A stretch of 32,000 nucleotides of DNA from Candidatus Saccharimonadota bacterium (GCA_020160975.1 JAIUPJ010000001.1:60001-92000), one strand, 5' to 3'; counted from the first letter of the stretch, positions 16,607 through 25,526 are shown. Notes: a model not told the origin generated them from the letters alone. Numbers and translations are program-made.

Positions 16607-16682
16607 AGGGGTGTAGCTCAATTGGTAGAGTAGCGGTCTCCAAAACCGGGTGTCGTAGGTTTGAGTCCTGCTACCCCTGCCA
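16607..16682 (+). tRNA. tRNA-Trp (anticodon CCA), canonical bacterial-type copy with encoded CCA
   Basis: AGGGGTG TA GCTC AATTGGTA GAGT A GCGGT CTCCAAA ACCGG GTGTC GTAGG TTTGAGT CCTGC TACCCCT G CCA. It closely resembles the E. coli tRNA-Trp architecture as I recall it. Length is 76 nt. Confidence 0.9.
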
Positions 16683-16694
16683 CGAGATTATAAG

Positions 16695-16726
16695 AAGTCT
16701 ACCTCCGTTGAGCGTAGACTTTTTTG
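16695..16726 (+). terminator. Rho-independent terminator after tRNA-Trp-2
   Basis: AAGTCTAC-ctccgttgagc-GTAGACTT followed by TTTTT. Confidence 0.7.
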
Positions 16727-16787
16727 CTACGAAAAAGTTTGGTTGTCCTACTACCCCTAAAATGACCCTGTCTGATAAGCTATATTT

Positions 16788-17211
16788 ATGGCTGAAAATG
16801 ACCAAAACATGCCCGAACCCGCATTGAAATATATGCGCACACCCGAGGAGTCGCGAGACGTACTTTTGTCTTGGCTACGAGAAGACATGGTGTTTTTTGC
16901 TGCTGGCGCGTGTCATATTTTGGCACATATGTTCCTTTTGCATAACCCAAACGAGGATTTTGATCTGATTTATACTAAACCTGTCATAAACAACCTGGCA
17001 ACCATATGTACGTGAGCGGCGGGACATGGGCGTTCGATTTCAACAGGTGGTCGCTCGAAAAAGACCTGCTAAAAATTAATGAAACGTTTGCAAAAGATAG
17101 ATATCCAAACTGGAACTATGAGTGCATCGTTATAGAGAAGGTTTGCCGGAGTATCTGAAGAATTCTCATCATCTGCGAGCGCCAGAATATTTCCTAGATC
17201 TTCCATGGTAA
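16788..17211 (+). pseudogene. Hypothetical protein gene split over three reading frames (two -1 frame changes)
   Basis: Frame a, 16788-17015: MAENDQNMPEPALKYMRTPEESRDVLLSWLREDMVFFAAGACHILAHMFLLHNPNEDFDLIYTKPVINN... Frame b from about 16995: (P)GNHMYVSGGTWAFDFNRWSLEKDLLKINETFAKDRYPNWNYECIVIEK. Frame c from about 17137: EGLPEYLKNSHHLRAPEYFLDLPW*. Each segment reads like a natural continuation of the one before. Confidence 0.5.
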
Positions 17212-17372
17212 CGATCATATGATTATATTCATAAGCTTCCCTCGGCTGCACCAGAATTAGGTGACGCATGATCGTTTCTGGAAATACTATTATGCAATAA
17301 ATAGGTTTGGTATTTGTCCGATAGCTCTTGCCAATATAAATGACATACTATCAGATGTATCTCATTTATATT

Positions 17373-17402
17373 TTGTATGTCAAATGCAAAGAGCAGTATA
17401 AT
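17373..17402 (+). promoter_or_regulatory. Candidate sigma70-type promoter for the clpC-like gene
   Basis: TTGTAT-18 nt-TATAAT, about 28 nt upstream of ATG 17430. The same -35 hexamer appears in the candidate promoter at 16367. Confidence 0.35.
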
Positions 17403-17429
17403 AGATGTAATGTAATAGGAGAACCTTAC

Positions 17430-20078
17430 ATGAATGAACGTTGTGACATATGTGGCATCAGACCAGTCACTCATCGAGTGCAAGTCACGCAAAATGGCCA
17501 GATGGCCGAACTAAATGTCTGTGACATTGACTACCAGAGGCTACGGCAACAAGCTGGCTCAAGTTCTCCATTCGAGTCATTATTTTCTGGCAGTAACCCC
17601 TTCAATTCTTTTGAGCAAGCCTTTGCCCGCCCCGAGCGACAACAGGCCGCAGGCCTTGAAGCACTCTTGTCAGACACTGCCAAGGATATTATCCAAGAAG
17701 CCGGTAGTGTGGCGCACAAGTTTGGCCGGAGCGAAGTAGATACTGAGCACTTGCTTTATGCCCTCGCTGACAACGACATCGTTGCTGAAATCCTCAAGCA
17801 ATACAAGCTGAAACCGAGTGATATTAAGGGTTATATTGATGCTAATGCGCCAAAAGGTAAGCAGACTACTACTGAAGATGAGATGGGTGTCAGTCCGCGT
17901 GTTAAAAGCGTACTGCAAAGCGCTTACCAAATTTCGCGCGAACTCGGCCACAGCTACATCGGTCCAGAGCATCTTTTGATTTCGCTTGCCGCCGAGCCTG
18001 ACGGCATGGCACACGAGGTGCTCGAAAAGTACGGCTTGAGTCCTGAAAGTCTCCGCGCCAAAACAACCAAAGTGGTTGGGCAAGGAGCTGAGGGTGGTAA
18101 GGTCGAAACTCAGACGAACACACCACAGCTCGATAAATACTCACGCGACCTGACGCAGCTTGCCAAGGCTGGTAAACTTGACCCAGTAATTGGCCGAAAC
18201 GATGAAATTCAAACGACTATCGAAATTTTAAGTCGCCGCACCAAAAACAACCCAGTACTGATTGGTGAGCCAGGCGTCGGTAAAACTGCTATCGTCGAAG
18301 GCCTGGCGCAGCGAATTGAAGCAAAAGAAGTACCTGAGGTGCTTGAGGGTAAACGCGTCGTTGAGCTTTCACTTATGAGTGTGATTGCTGGAGCCAAATA
18401 TAAGGGTGAGTTTGAGGAGCGTATTAAGGCTGTCATCGATGAGATCGTCGAGCACAAAGACGAGTTAATTGTGTTTGTGGACGAATTGCACACTATAGTC
18501 GGTGCGGGCGGTGGCGGCTCTGAGGGTGGCATGGATGTAGGCAACATCATGAAGCCAGCACTCGCCCGTGGCGAACTGCATCTTATCGGAGCAACAACCT
18601 TGAATGAATATCAAAATTATATCGAGAAGGATAGTGCTCTCGAGCGACGGTTCCAGCCCGTTATGGTGCCAGAGCCGACGATTGAGCAGGCGATTGAGAT
18701 CATTCGCGGCCTCCGCGACAGTTATGAAGCCCATCACAAAGTTAAGATTGATGATTCAGCCGTCACTGCCGCCGTTCATTTGAGTGATCGTTATATTACA
18801 TCTCGGTTCTTACCTGATAAAGCCATTGACTTGCTTGACCAAGCGGCAGCTCGCGTCCGCATTGCCAGCGATACACGCTCAGCCGAAATTGCTAAATACG
18901 AAGATGATATTGCCCGTCTTTCGCGCGAAGAAGAGTCAGCTCGCAATCACAAGAAAACCGATGAAGCCAAGAAACTGAAAAAAGAAATTGAGACTCTGAC
19001 AAAGCAAAAAGATGAGTTAATGGAAGCTTGGAAGCGCGAGAAAGGTGTTTCGACAGCCGTAGTCACCAGTAGCGACATCGCCCAGATTGTTAGCAAACTC
19101 ACCGGCGTGCCGGTCACTGAGCTCACCGAAGAAGAGAAGCTAAAGCTTCTGGCACTTGAAGATAAGCTTCACCAACGGGTTGTTGGTCAAAACGAAGCCG
19201 TTCAGGCAGTGAGCGATGCGGTTCGTTTGTCGCGTGCTGGACTGACGCAGGGTTCTCGTCCAATCGCAAACTTCCTCTTCCTTGGCCCAACCGGTGTTGG
19301 TAAAACAGAGCTTGCTAAAGCCTTGGCTTGGTCAGTCTTTGGCGATGAAGATGCAATGATTCGTATCGATATGAGCGAATATATGGAGCGCCATGCTGTT
19401 AGTCGTCTTGTTGGTGCGCCTCCAGGGTACGTCGGCTATGATGAGGGTGGCCAGCTCACTGAAGCAGTGCGCCGCCGCCCATACAGCGTTGTTTTGCTTG
19501 ATGAAATAGAGAAAGCTCACCCAGATGTTTATAACATTCTGTTGCAAGTTTTTGACGATGGTCGGTTAACCGACGGTAAGGGTCGTGTAGTGGATTTTAC
19601 GAACACGATTATTATTGCTACCAGCAACCTTGGTAGTGCCCTAATTATCGAAAACGATAAAGCCACAAGCAAAGATAAGAAAGATAAAAAGGCGCTGAAA
19701 GCCGAGCTCATGGAAGTGCTGCGCGGCCATTTCCGTCCGGAGTTTATAAACCGCATCGACGATATTATCGTCTTTGACAGTCTGAATGAAGACGAGATTA
19801 AAAACATCGTCCGTTTGCAGCTCGAAAAAGTCACCCAGCTACTTGCCGAAAAAGGTGTATCTATTACGTTTAGTGACGCACTAGTAGATGATCTTGCGAA
19901 GCGTGGGTACCAACCAGAATTTGGCGCCCGCGAACTACGCCGTCTCATCAAAACCGACATCGAAAACTTGTTAGCTCGTAAATTGCTTGCGGGAGAGCTC
20001 AAAGAAGGTGCTCGTGTCACCGTTAATTACTCAGCCAACGATGGAGTAACTATCGATCAGGTAAAGTCACGCAAATAG
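17430..20078 (+). CDS. clpC: Class I Clp/Hsp100 AAA+ ATPase, ClpC-type (short M-domain), with an N-terminal McsA-like zinc-ribbon extension
   Basis: Start ATG 17430 follows AGGAGA; the ORF-track start at 17340 is an AT-rich upstream extension. There are two Clp_N repeats, D1 ([15 protein letters not shown]), a coiled-coil M-domain of about 60 aa, and D2 ([26 protein letters not shown]). The N-terminus [31 protein letters not shown] resembles the McsA CxxC...C zinc fingers. Confidence 0.9.
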   Translation: MNERCDICGIRPVTHRVQVTQNGQMAELNVCDIDYQRLRQQAGSSSPFESLFSGSNPFNSFEQAFARPERQQAAGLEALLSDTAKDIIQEAGSVAHKFGRSEVDTEHLLYALADNDIVAEILKQYKLKPSDIKGYIDANAPKGKQTTTEDEMGVSPRVKSVLQSAYQISRELGHSYIGPEHLLISLAAEPDGMAHEVLEKYGLSPESLRAKTTKVVGQGAEGGKVETQTNTPQLDKYSRDLTQLAKAGKLDPVIGRNDEIQTTIEILSRRTKNNPVLIGEPGVGKTAIVEGLAQRIEAKEVPEVLEGKRVVELSLMSVIAGAKYKGEFEERIKAVIDEIVEHKDELIVFVDELHTIVGAGGGGSEGGMDVGNIMKPALARGELHLIGATTLNEYQNYIEKDSALERRFQPVMVPEPTIEQAIEIIRGLRDSYEAHHKVKIDDSAVTAAVHLSDRYITSRFLPDKAIDLLDQAAARVRIASDTRSAEIAKYEDDIARLSREEESARNHKKTDEAKKLKKEIETLTKQKDELMEAWKREKGVSTAVVTSSDIAQIVSKLTGVPVTELTEEEKLKLLALEDKLHQRVVGQNEAVQAVSDAVRLSRAGLTQGSRPIANFLFLGPTGVGKTELAKALAWSVFGDEDAMIRIDMSEYMERHAVSRLVGAPPGYVGYDEGGQLTEAVRRRPYSVVLLDEIEKAHPDVYNILLQVFDDGRLTDGKGRVVDFTNTIIIATSNLGSALIIENDKATSKDKKDKKALKAELMEVLRGHFRPEFINRIDDIIVFDSLNEDEIKNIVRLQLEKVTQLLAEKGVSITFSDALVDDLAKRGYQPEFGARELRRLIKTDIENLLARKLLAGELKEGARVTVNYSANDGVTIDQVKSRK

Positions 20079-20224
20079 TACTCTAAGAGGATCATATTAC
20101 CACAAACCCCCTGAAGACTATTTAGCTCGCGGTACGTTTGATAATCATCCTTCAGCCCCTGCCAATAAAAAACTTCACTCAGTGAATTATTATACCGTTG
20201 AAGAATCGAATGCGCGTTAGCCAT
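20057..20224 (-). CDS. Small hypothetical protein, 'WQG' family copy 2 (55 aa; below the ORF-track cutoff)
   Basis: My translation: [55 protein letters not shown]. Its 3' end overlaps the clpC 3' end by 22 nt. It is a paralog of 12526..12663. There is no clear SD. Confidence 0.4.
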   Translation of the reverse strand: MANAHSILQRYNNSLSEVFYWQGLKDDYQTYRELNSLQGVCGNMILLEYYLRDFT

Positions 20225-20286
20225 GAAACTACTTTATACTCACATTTTGATATAACATGTATAGATAACAAATATGAAGGAGGCGC

Positions 20287-20703
20287 ATGGAACTAAGTAT
20301 CAATTGGCTCGCGGTCATCACTGCAACTGTTGCCAGCATGATCGTAGCAGGCGTGTGGTATCAGGATTGGGCACTCGGCTTGCCATGGAAAAAGATAACT
20401 AACATTGACGCGAAAAAAGCTGACAAGGCTGGTAATACGCCGATGATGGTCGTGTTGATCGTCAACTTCTTTACCGCAGCCGTACTCGCAGTTGTAATTT
20501 CTATTATTGCATCGTACTTCAATACCTCATTTCTATGGTTAGCTCTCGGCACTGGCGTCGGTATTTGGCTAGCGTTTTCGGCGACAACGCTTCTTACGCA
20601 TAACATGTTTGAGCAAAAGTCGTTCAAGCTGACCCTGATCAATAATGGTTACCAACTAGTCATGTTTGTTGTTATGGCATTTGTTATAGGATTGATGCAA
20701 TAG
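20287..20703 (+). CDS. DUF1761-family membrane protein
   Basis: 138 aa with 4 TM segments. The N-terminus INWLAVITATVASMIVAGVWY..LG..W is typical of DUF1761. The SD is strong (GAAGGAGG). Confidence 0.7.
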   Translation: MELSINWLAVITATVASMIVAGVWYQDWALGLPWKKITNIDAKKADKAGNTPMMVVLIVNFFTAAVLAVVISIIASYFNTSFLWLALGTGVGIWLAFSATTLLTHNMFEQKSFKLTLINNGYQLVMFVVMAFVIGLMQ

Positions 20704-20707
20704 CACA

Positions 20708-21046
20708 ATGGCATATAGCGAAGATTTAGCAGAGCGCGTCCGCGAAGAGCTAGCAGCGGCCGGTATTGCAGACATCGATGAGATCAAGATGTACGGTGGC
20801 CTTGCCTTTATGGTGCGTGACAAGATGTGCGCGTGTATTGGTGGTGACGACGGCGAGATCGTCATGATGCGCGTCGGAAAAGAAAGGTATGATGAGCTAC
20901 TACAAAAAAGTGGAGCGCTACCGTCGATCATGAAAGATAAGCCGATCAAAGGCTATATCGACTTAGGCGTAGAGGGCCAAAAAGATTTGTCTTTTTGGGT
21001 GGAGACGGCATTGAAGTTTAACGAAGAGCTAGTTAATTCAAACTAG
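20708..21046 (+). CDS. TfoX N-terminal domain-containing protein
   Basis: 112 aa. LAERVRE...KMYGGLAFMVRDKMCACIGGD..IVMMRVGKE matches the TfoX_N pattern (MFGG.g....gkmf). Confidence 0.65.
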   Translation: MAYSEDLAERVREELAAAGIADIDEIKMYGGLAFMVRDKMCACIGGDDGEIVMMRVGKERYDELLQKSGALPSIMKDKPIKGYIDLGVEGQKDLSFWVETALKFNEELVNSN

Positions 21047-21284
21047 CCTTTTTAGACCACAATATGTTTGATAATCATCCATTTTTTGCCTGGATAAAAT
21101 CAAAGTCCCAGCATGAACGCTTGGCGATGGCAGTCTCAAAACGCGAACGGCTACGACCCCGCTGACTAGCAACAACCCAAGCAATGACCCACTTTATGAT
21201 CCCAAGTTGAACGTTTAGTTTATCTATATCCACGCAAATATGTAATCCTGCAAAATGCATCCGTAGCAAAATATTCAACAGCAT
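21047..21284 (-). pseudogene. 'WQG' family copy 3, frameshifted and degenerate
   Basis: 21064-21078 GTTTGATAATCATCC is identical to 20137-20151. In one frame it encodes ...MDDYQTYCGLKRLV*, while the upstream part (ORF 21075..21284, ...RGRSRSRFE...FDFIQAKNG*) is in another frame. The WQG codons are mutated. Confidence 0.4.
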
Positions 21285-21700
21285 ACTATCCCTGTCAGCA
21301 GTGCAATAATAACAACACTATAGACAAGTCATTGAATACATTATTTAATCATAAGAACAATCTGGAAACATCGCTCCTAACCAACTCATCGTATACATTT
21401 TGTAATCATAAGCACTATGGATTATCCGCTATGTAATATGCCGATGCTAGCACAAACACCAGCCCGCTAGAACTGCCTATGCCGCACAAGATATCCATGA
21501 CAACACCACAACTGATGATCAGTAGTCCGACGTCCTAGGCTTGTTAACTAGACCATGTGCACTGCGCCTGCCGTGATACATCAGCCGCCCTACAAGGCCA
21601 TGTGACGACCCGCAGCCGGCTCGCGATAAATCACCAACTCACACAGCAGCCATCGCAAATAGCGTTTCAGAGAATGCACTAGGAAATAACTAAGCACTAT

Positions 21701-21724
21701 AACAAAACCCCACAGTTAGCGGGG
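21701..21724 (-). terminator. Rho-independent terminator for the 21765..22619 gene
   Basis: The minus strand reads CCCCGC-taact-GTGGGG followed by TTTTGTT. Confidence 0.55.
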
Positions 21725-21764
21725 TGTCAGGGCCAAACACAGCATTGATCAACTCAAGGTAACG

Positions 21765-22619
21765 TTATTCAAATATCACGCCAGCAGCATACGGCGCCCA
21801 TACCGCCTGCTGCTCTATACTCAAACTTTTAGCCGCATCTACAGCTTGCTGTAGCGCAGTTTTAGTAAATGTAACGTTCTGGCCTACTTCAACCGCTGGA
21901 AGCCCTGCAGCAACGCCTAGCGTCGTCTCAGCGGCAATTCGTTGCGCGCCAGTCAGGGTAACCTTGTTGTCCTTCATGTGCTTAGTAACAGCACTACGTG
22001 CAAGTAGTATGTAGCTATCGCCGGCTTTCGCCTGAACAGAATAGTCATTGGCTGTACCTTTGTTTGCATCGGCAGTTGGCGTAGTCGTCTGTTTTTGCTC
22101 AGTCACGCTCGTAGCGGCCACTGCACCAGCAGCCTGAAGCGCCCGAGCCACTGCATCTTTGGTGATGCTAACCGTCTGACCGATATCGAGCAGGGGAGCG
22201 CTAGCGGCATTCACTAACTCCACTTCAGCCTGTAGTTGTTGCGCAGCCGTCACCTCAATCTTCTTGGCTTTGGCATATTGCGCTATGGCATCACGTGCTA
22301 GTGCTGTGTATGAGTCGCCGCTCTTAGCGGTATATGCATAGCTATCTTGCGGTGTCACCTTGGCTTCTGGTTGTTCTCCCTTGGCAGCGAGTTGTGTATT
22401 TGAGTCATCTTTTTTGGCAGTGTCTTTTTGTTCAACCGTGTCGGCTTTGTCGGCCGTTTCGGTCTTTTGGGGTTCGGTCTTGGTGGTATTTCCATCGAGC
22501 TCTCGCTGGGCATCGGACATCCAACCCGACTGACGAATCATCGCAACAACCGACACAACAACTAACACTACTGCACACAGTAGCGCAAACTGTTTCTGGC
22601 TGAACCCTATTTTTCTCAT
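21765..22619 (-). CDS. Membrane-anchored hypothetical protein with two LysM-like repeats of about 75 aa
   Basis: It has an N-terminal TM (FALLCAVVLVVVSVVAMI) and a charged linker. The two repeats are YAYTAKSGDSYTALARDAI...LLDIGQTVSITKDAVARALQAA and YSVQAKAGDSYILLARSAV...AVEVGQNVTFTKTALQQAVDAA. The LysM resemblance (Y.v..GDs...iA....l..Gq.l) is loose. Confidence 0.6.
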   Translation of the reverse strand: MRKIGFSQKQFALLCAVVLVVVSVVAMIRQSGWMSDAQRELDGNTTKTEPQKTETADKADTVEQKDTAKKDDSNTQLAAKGEQPEAKVTPQDSYAYTAKSGDSYTALARDAIAQYAKAKKIEVTAAQQLQAEVELVNAASAPLLDIGQTVSITKDAVARALQAAGAVAATSVTEQKQTTTPTADANKGTANDYSVQAKAGDSYILLARSAVTKHMKDNKVTLTGAQRIAAETTLGVAAGLPAVEVGQNVTFTKTALQQAVDAAKSLSIEQQAVWAPYAAGVIFE

Positions 22620-22759
22620 TTACCTCAATATCCCCATATCTCTTAGTAAGCCTATAGTAGCAAACAAACTTCCTTCCTAGCAAGTAGCAATGCAATCAAT
22701 TTGCAATAAATGCCATAGCGCTTATGCTTGTGTGGTATCTAGGGACAACCTATAAAGGC

Positions 22760-22788
22760 TTTACAAAACCTTGCAATTGTGATAGAAT
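22760..22788 (+). promoter_or_regulatory. Candidate promoter for the glycan locus (TTTACA-17 nt-TAGAAT with a TGn extension)
   Basis: TTTACA is at 22760-22765 and TGATAGAAT at 22780-22788, about 40 nt upstream of the wzz-like ATG. Confidence 0.4.
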
Positions 22789-22829
22789 GGTATTCATATA
22801 GTTCATAAGGCCCCAGGTGAGGACAATAC

Positions 22830-23495
22830 ATGGAAGAAATTAATTTATACGACTTAATGCGCTTTTATGCGCGAAAATGGCTAACCATAGCAACTGTTAT
22901 CATGATCGGTGCTATTCTTGGCGTCATCTACACGTTCTTTGTCCAGCAGCCACTATACAAAAGCACTGCTACGCTACTACTAATCGGTACAGGCCGCACG
23001 TCCAACCAAGAATCAGTTGTCCTCAACAACTACGTCCAGCTCTTTGAGTCTCGTCGTATCCTCGAGCCAGTCATCGCCGAACAGAAATACGACGCCACCT
23101 ATGACAAACTAGCCGCCAACACTACTGCCGAAAACGTTAAAAACACAGACATTATCAACGTCTCCATCACGACATCGAACCCTAAAACCAGTAAGGCTTT
23201 GCTTGAGGCAGCGATCGAGAAATTCCGTAATGAAGGCAAGACTCTCTACGGTGATGGCGCTATCAAGATCAACGTCGTCGATGCCGCCGATGCGCCAGTC
23301 GCGCCAACTAACGTTAAACCAATCCAGCAAGTAGGCCTCGCCACCGTGGCAGCCTTTGCTCTGGCTATTGTCGCATTATTCTTCATATACGATTACACCA
23401 CCGCACAAAAAACGCAGACAAAAGCCGCGTCTGATGTTATAGTAGAAGCTAAAGTTAAAGCTAAAGCTAAAACTAAATCCAAGAAGATAAAATAG
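22830..23495 (+). CDS. Wzz / polysaccharide chain-length determinant (PCP) family protein
   Basis: The N-terminus INLYDLMRFYARKWLTIATVIMIGAILGVIYTFF..PLYKSTATLLL is the Wzz-domain signature. There is a second TM near the C-terminus and a lysine-rich tail. No kinase domain is present. Confidence 0.8.
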   Translation: MEEINLYDLMRFYARKWLTIATVIMIGAILGVIYTFFVQQPLYKSTATLLLIGTGRTSNQESVVLNNYVQLFESRRILEPVIAEQKYDATYDKLAANTTAENVKNTDIINVSITTSNPKTSKALLEAAIEKFRNEGKTLYGDGAIKINVVDAADAPVAPTNVKPIQQVGLATVAAFALAIVALFFIYDYTTAQKTQTKAASDVIVEAKVKAKAKTKSKKIK

Positions 23496-23627
23496 GGCAA
23501 ACAAACCTATGTATTTCTGCTTTATAGATAAGACCGATGACATTACATGCACATTACATATTTTAATAACTAGATCAATTCGCAGCTTGTTGTACGGTGA
23601 GCTGAATTTTTCGAAAACGAACTAATT

Positions 23628-25526
23628 ATGCAACATTTAGAAAAACTAATCATACAGGCAAGATACAGCAAAAGGCGAAGTGAAATTTTACTCGGCGGAG
23701 ATATTCTTATTGTTGTCGTGTCGTTACTGATATCAGGCGTTCTCAATCTGGTGACTCATGAGCTATCGACATCTTACATGCACTCATACTCTTTTCTGTT
23801 ATTTATAATCGGTATGATTTTTGTTTATGGCAGTATTTTTCTGGGTAGCAACATACACCGCAGCTTATGGACATATATTGGTGCAAAAGAGGTTATATCA
23901 ATCGCTAAGGCAGTACTTGTTGCTTCAGTAATACAATCAGCACTGCTTTTACTACTATCCGTACCGGGCATCCCAATAATCCCTTACACTATCGCCTCTG
24001 CATGTCTCATCATCCTTGGAATGAGCGGAATGCGCATAGCGTATCGTACGTATCGTGAAAGTGTACAGTTAAAATCGGATCCCACTCCCCGTCAACGGGC
24101 ATTAATTATCGGGGCCAATGAATCCGGATACATTCTACTTAAAGAGCTGCAGCGGAATATTCGACTTCATACTAATGTGATTGGATTCATCGACAGCAAC
24201 AGAGTTGGGCACATTATTAACGGGCTCCCCGTACTTGGTGGCGTTGAGACAGTCTTTGAAACCATAAAACAATATGACATTAGCCTTGTTTACGTAACGG
24301 TACATAGCCTCTCTAGCAATAGGTTGAAAAAACTAATTAAGGAATTATCTGAAGAAAACGTCCAGATAAAAGTCATGAAGTTCAATGAGGAATCAAATAA
24401 ACGTTACGGCACAAATAACATTGCAGACGTCTCGCTGGAAGACTTACTAGGCAGGGGCCAGGTGAAGCTAGACCAAAATGAGGTCGCTTCATATCTCGAA
24501 ACTAAGGCAGTGCTTGTTACGGGCGCAGGAGGATCGATTGGCGGCCAAATCGTACGAGAAGTCATGCGATTCCACCCCAAGATTATCTATATGCTTGATG
24601 TAAATGAAAACGGCCTCTACCTACTAGATCGAGAGCTGGCTTTTATAAAACAAAACAATACCGGTTACGAAGAAACAGAGATTGTGCCTCTCGTCGTAAA
24701 TATCCGTGAACGAGAAACACTATACGAAGTATTTAAACTGCACGATATCGATGTCGTATTTCATGCTGCAGCGCATAAACATGTACCGTTAATGGAAGCT
24801 AGGCCGCAAGAGGCAATCAAAAATAATATCTTTGGGACTAACAACGTAATGGAATGCGCTTTGGCCCACAAAGTCGAACGCTTTATAATGATCTCTACCG
24901 ATAAAGCAGTTAACCCGACAAACATCATGGGTGCGAGCAAACGAATGACAGAGATCCTCATGCAATCCAAAGCTACAAAAACCAGCACAAAGATGGCTGC
25001 TGTTCGTTTCGGCAATGTACTCGGATCGAACGGGTCGGTTGTGCCGATTTTTACCGAGCAAATTAAAAAAGGTGGTCCAGTGACAATTACTAGTCGTGAG
25101 ATTACTCGTTATTTCATGACCATACCAGAGGCTACTCAGCTAGTTCTTCAAGCCGGATATTATGCCGACGAAGGAGATATATTTGTGCTTGATATGGGTA
25201 AGCCGATTAAGATAATTGACCTTGCAGAAAATCTAATTAAGTTATCGGGCTACGAACCGTACACAGAGATTGATATTGTCGAAACTGGGTTGAGACCAGG
25301 TGAGAAAATGTACGAAGAACTTTTCCTTGACGGAGAAGAGCACGTTAGAACGAAAAACGATCTAATATTCAGAAGCCAGAACCAACCACCGACTAGAGAA
25401 CAAGTTGATAAGTCTCTAGACAGGCTAAGCAATGCGATTACAAACAACGCCAGCGCAAAAGCATTGAAAGAAGAGATATTTCTTGCGATTGGCCAACAAA
25501 CTAAGCTGGAGGTTGTAAATGAATAA
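23628..25526 (+). CDS. Membrane-bound nucleotide-sugar 4,6-dehydratase, CapD/PglF/WbpM family
   Basis: 632 aa with N-terminal TM helices, a Rossmann motif VTGAGGSIG, the catalytic region AAAHKHVPLME, and STDKAVNPTNIMGASKR. Confidence 0.85.
   Translation: MQHLEKLIIQARYSKRRSEILLGGDILIVVVSLLISGVLNLVTHELSTSYMHSYSFLLFIIGMIFVYGSIFLGSNIHRSLWTYIGAKEVISIAKAVLVASVIQSALLLLLSVPGIPIIPYTIASACLIILGMSGMRIAYRTYRESVQLKSDPTPRQRALIIGANESGYILLKELQRNIRLHTNVIGFIDSNRVGHIINGLPVLGGVETVFETIKQYDISLVYVTVHSLSSNRLKKLIKELSEENVQIKVMKFNEESNKRYGTNNIADVSLEDLLGRGQVKLDQNEVASYLETKAVLVTGAGGSIGGQIVREVMRFHPKIIYMLDVNENGLYLLDRELAFIKQNNTGYEETEIVPLVVNIRERETLYEVFKLHDIDVVFHAAAHKHVPLMEARPQEAIKNNIFGTNNVMECALAHKVERFIMISTDKAVNPTNIMGASKRMTEILMQSKATKTSTKMAAVRFGNVLGSNGSVVPIFTEQIKKGGPVTITSREITRYFMTIPEATQLVLQAGYYADEGDIFVLDMGKPIKIIDLAENLIKLSGYEPYTEIDIVETGLRPGEKMYEELFLDGEEHVRTKNDLIFRSQNQPPTREQVDKSLDRLSNAITNNASAKALKEEIFLAIGQQTKLEVVNE

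Noticed and set aside
17069-17269. The minus-strand 66-aa ORF (MRHLILVQPREAYEYNHMIVTMEDLG...) might be a real small gene between the pseudogene and clpC.
   Set aside because: It overlaps the third-frame continuation of the + strand gene (EGLPEYLKNSHHLRAPEYFLDLPW*), which reads as a natural C-terminus. It has no SD and no paralog. It is most likely a shadow ORF.
17340-17429. The ORF-track start at 17340 for the Clp ATPase, which adds MTYYQMYLIYILYVKCKEQYNRCNVIGEPY.
   Set aside because: The extension covers an AT-rich promoter-like region that includes TTGTAT-18-TATAAT, and it has no SD. ATG 17430 is preceded by AGGAGA at the proper spacing.
12526-20224. The CCCCTGCCA / CCCTTGCCA 9-mers inside WQG copies 1 and 2 might be att-site scars of tRNA-Trp-targeting integrations.
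   Set aside because: For these two copies the similarity to the tRNA does not extend beyond the 9-mer plus a few scattered bases. Sequence variation around it follows codon third positions, which indicates protein-level constraint. The att-like interpretation is retained only for 3709-3735, 3896-3922 and 13566-13648, where homology to the tRNA extends further.
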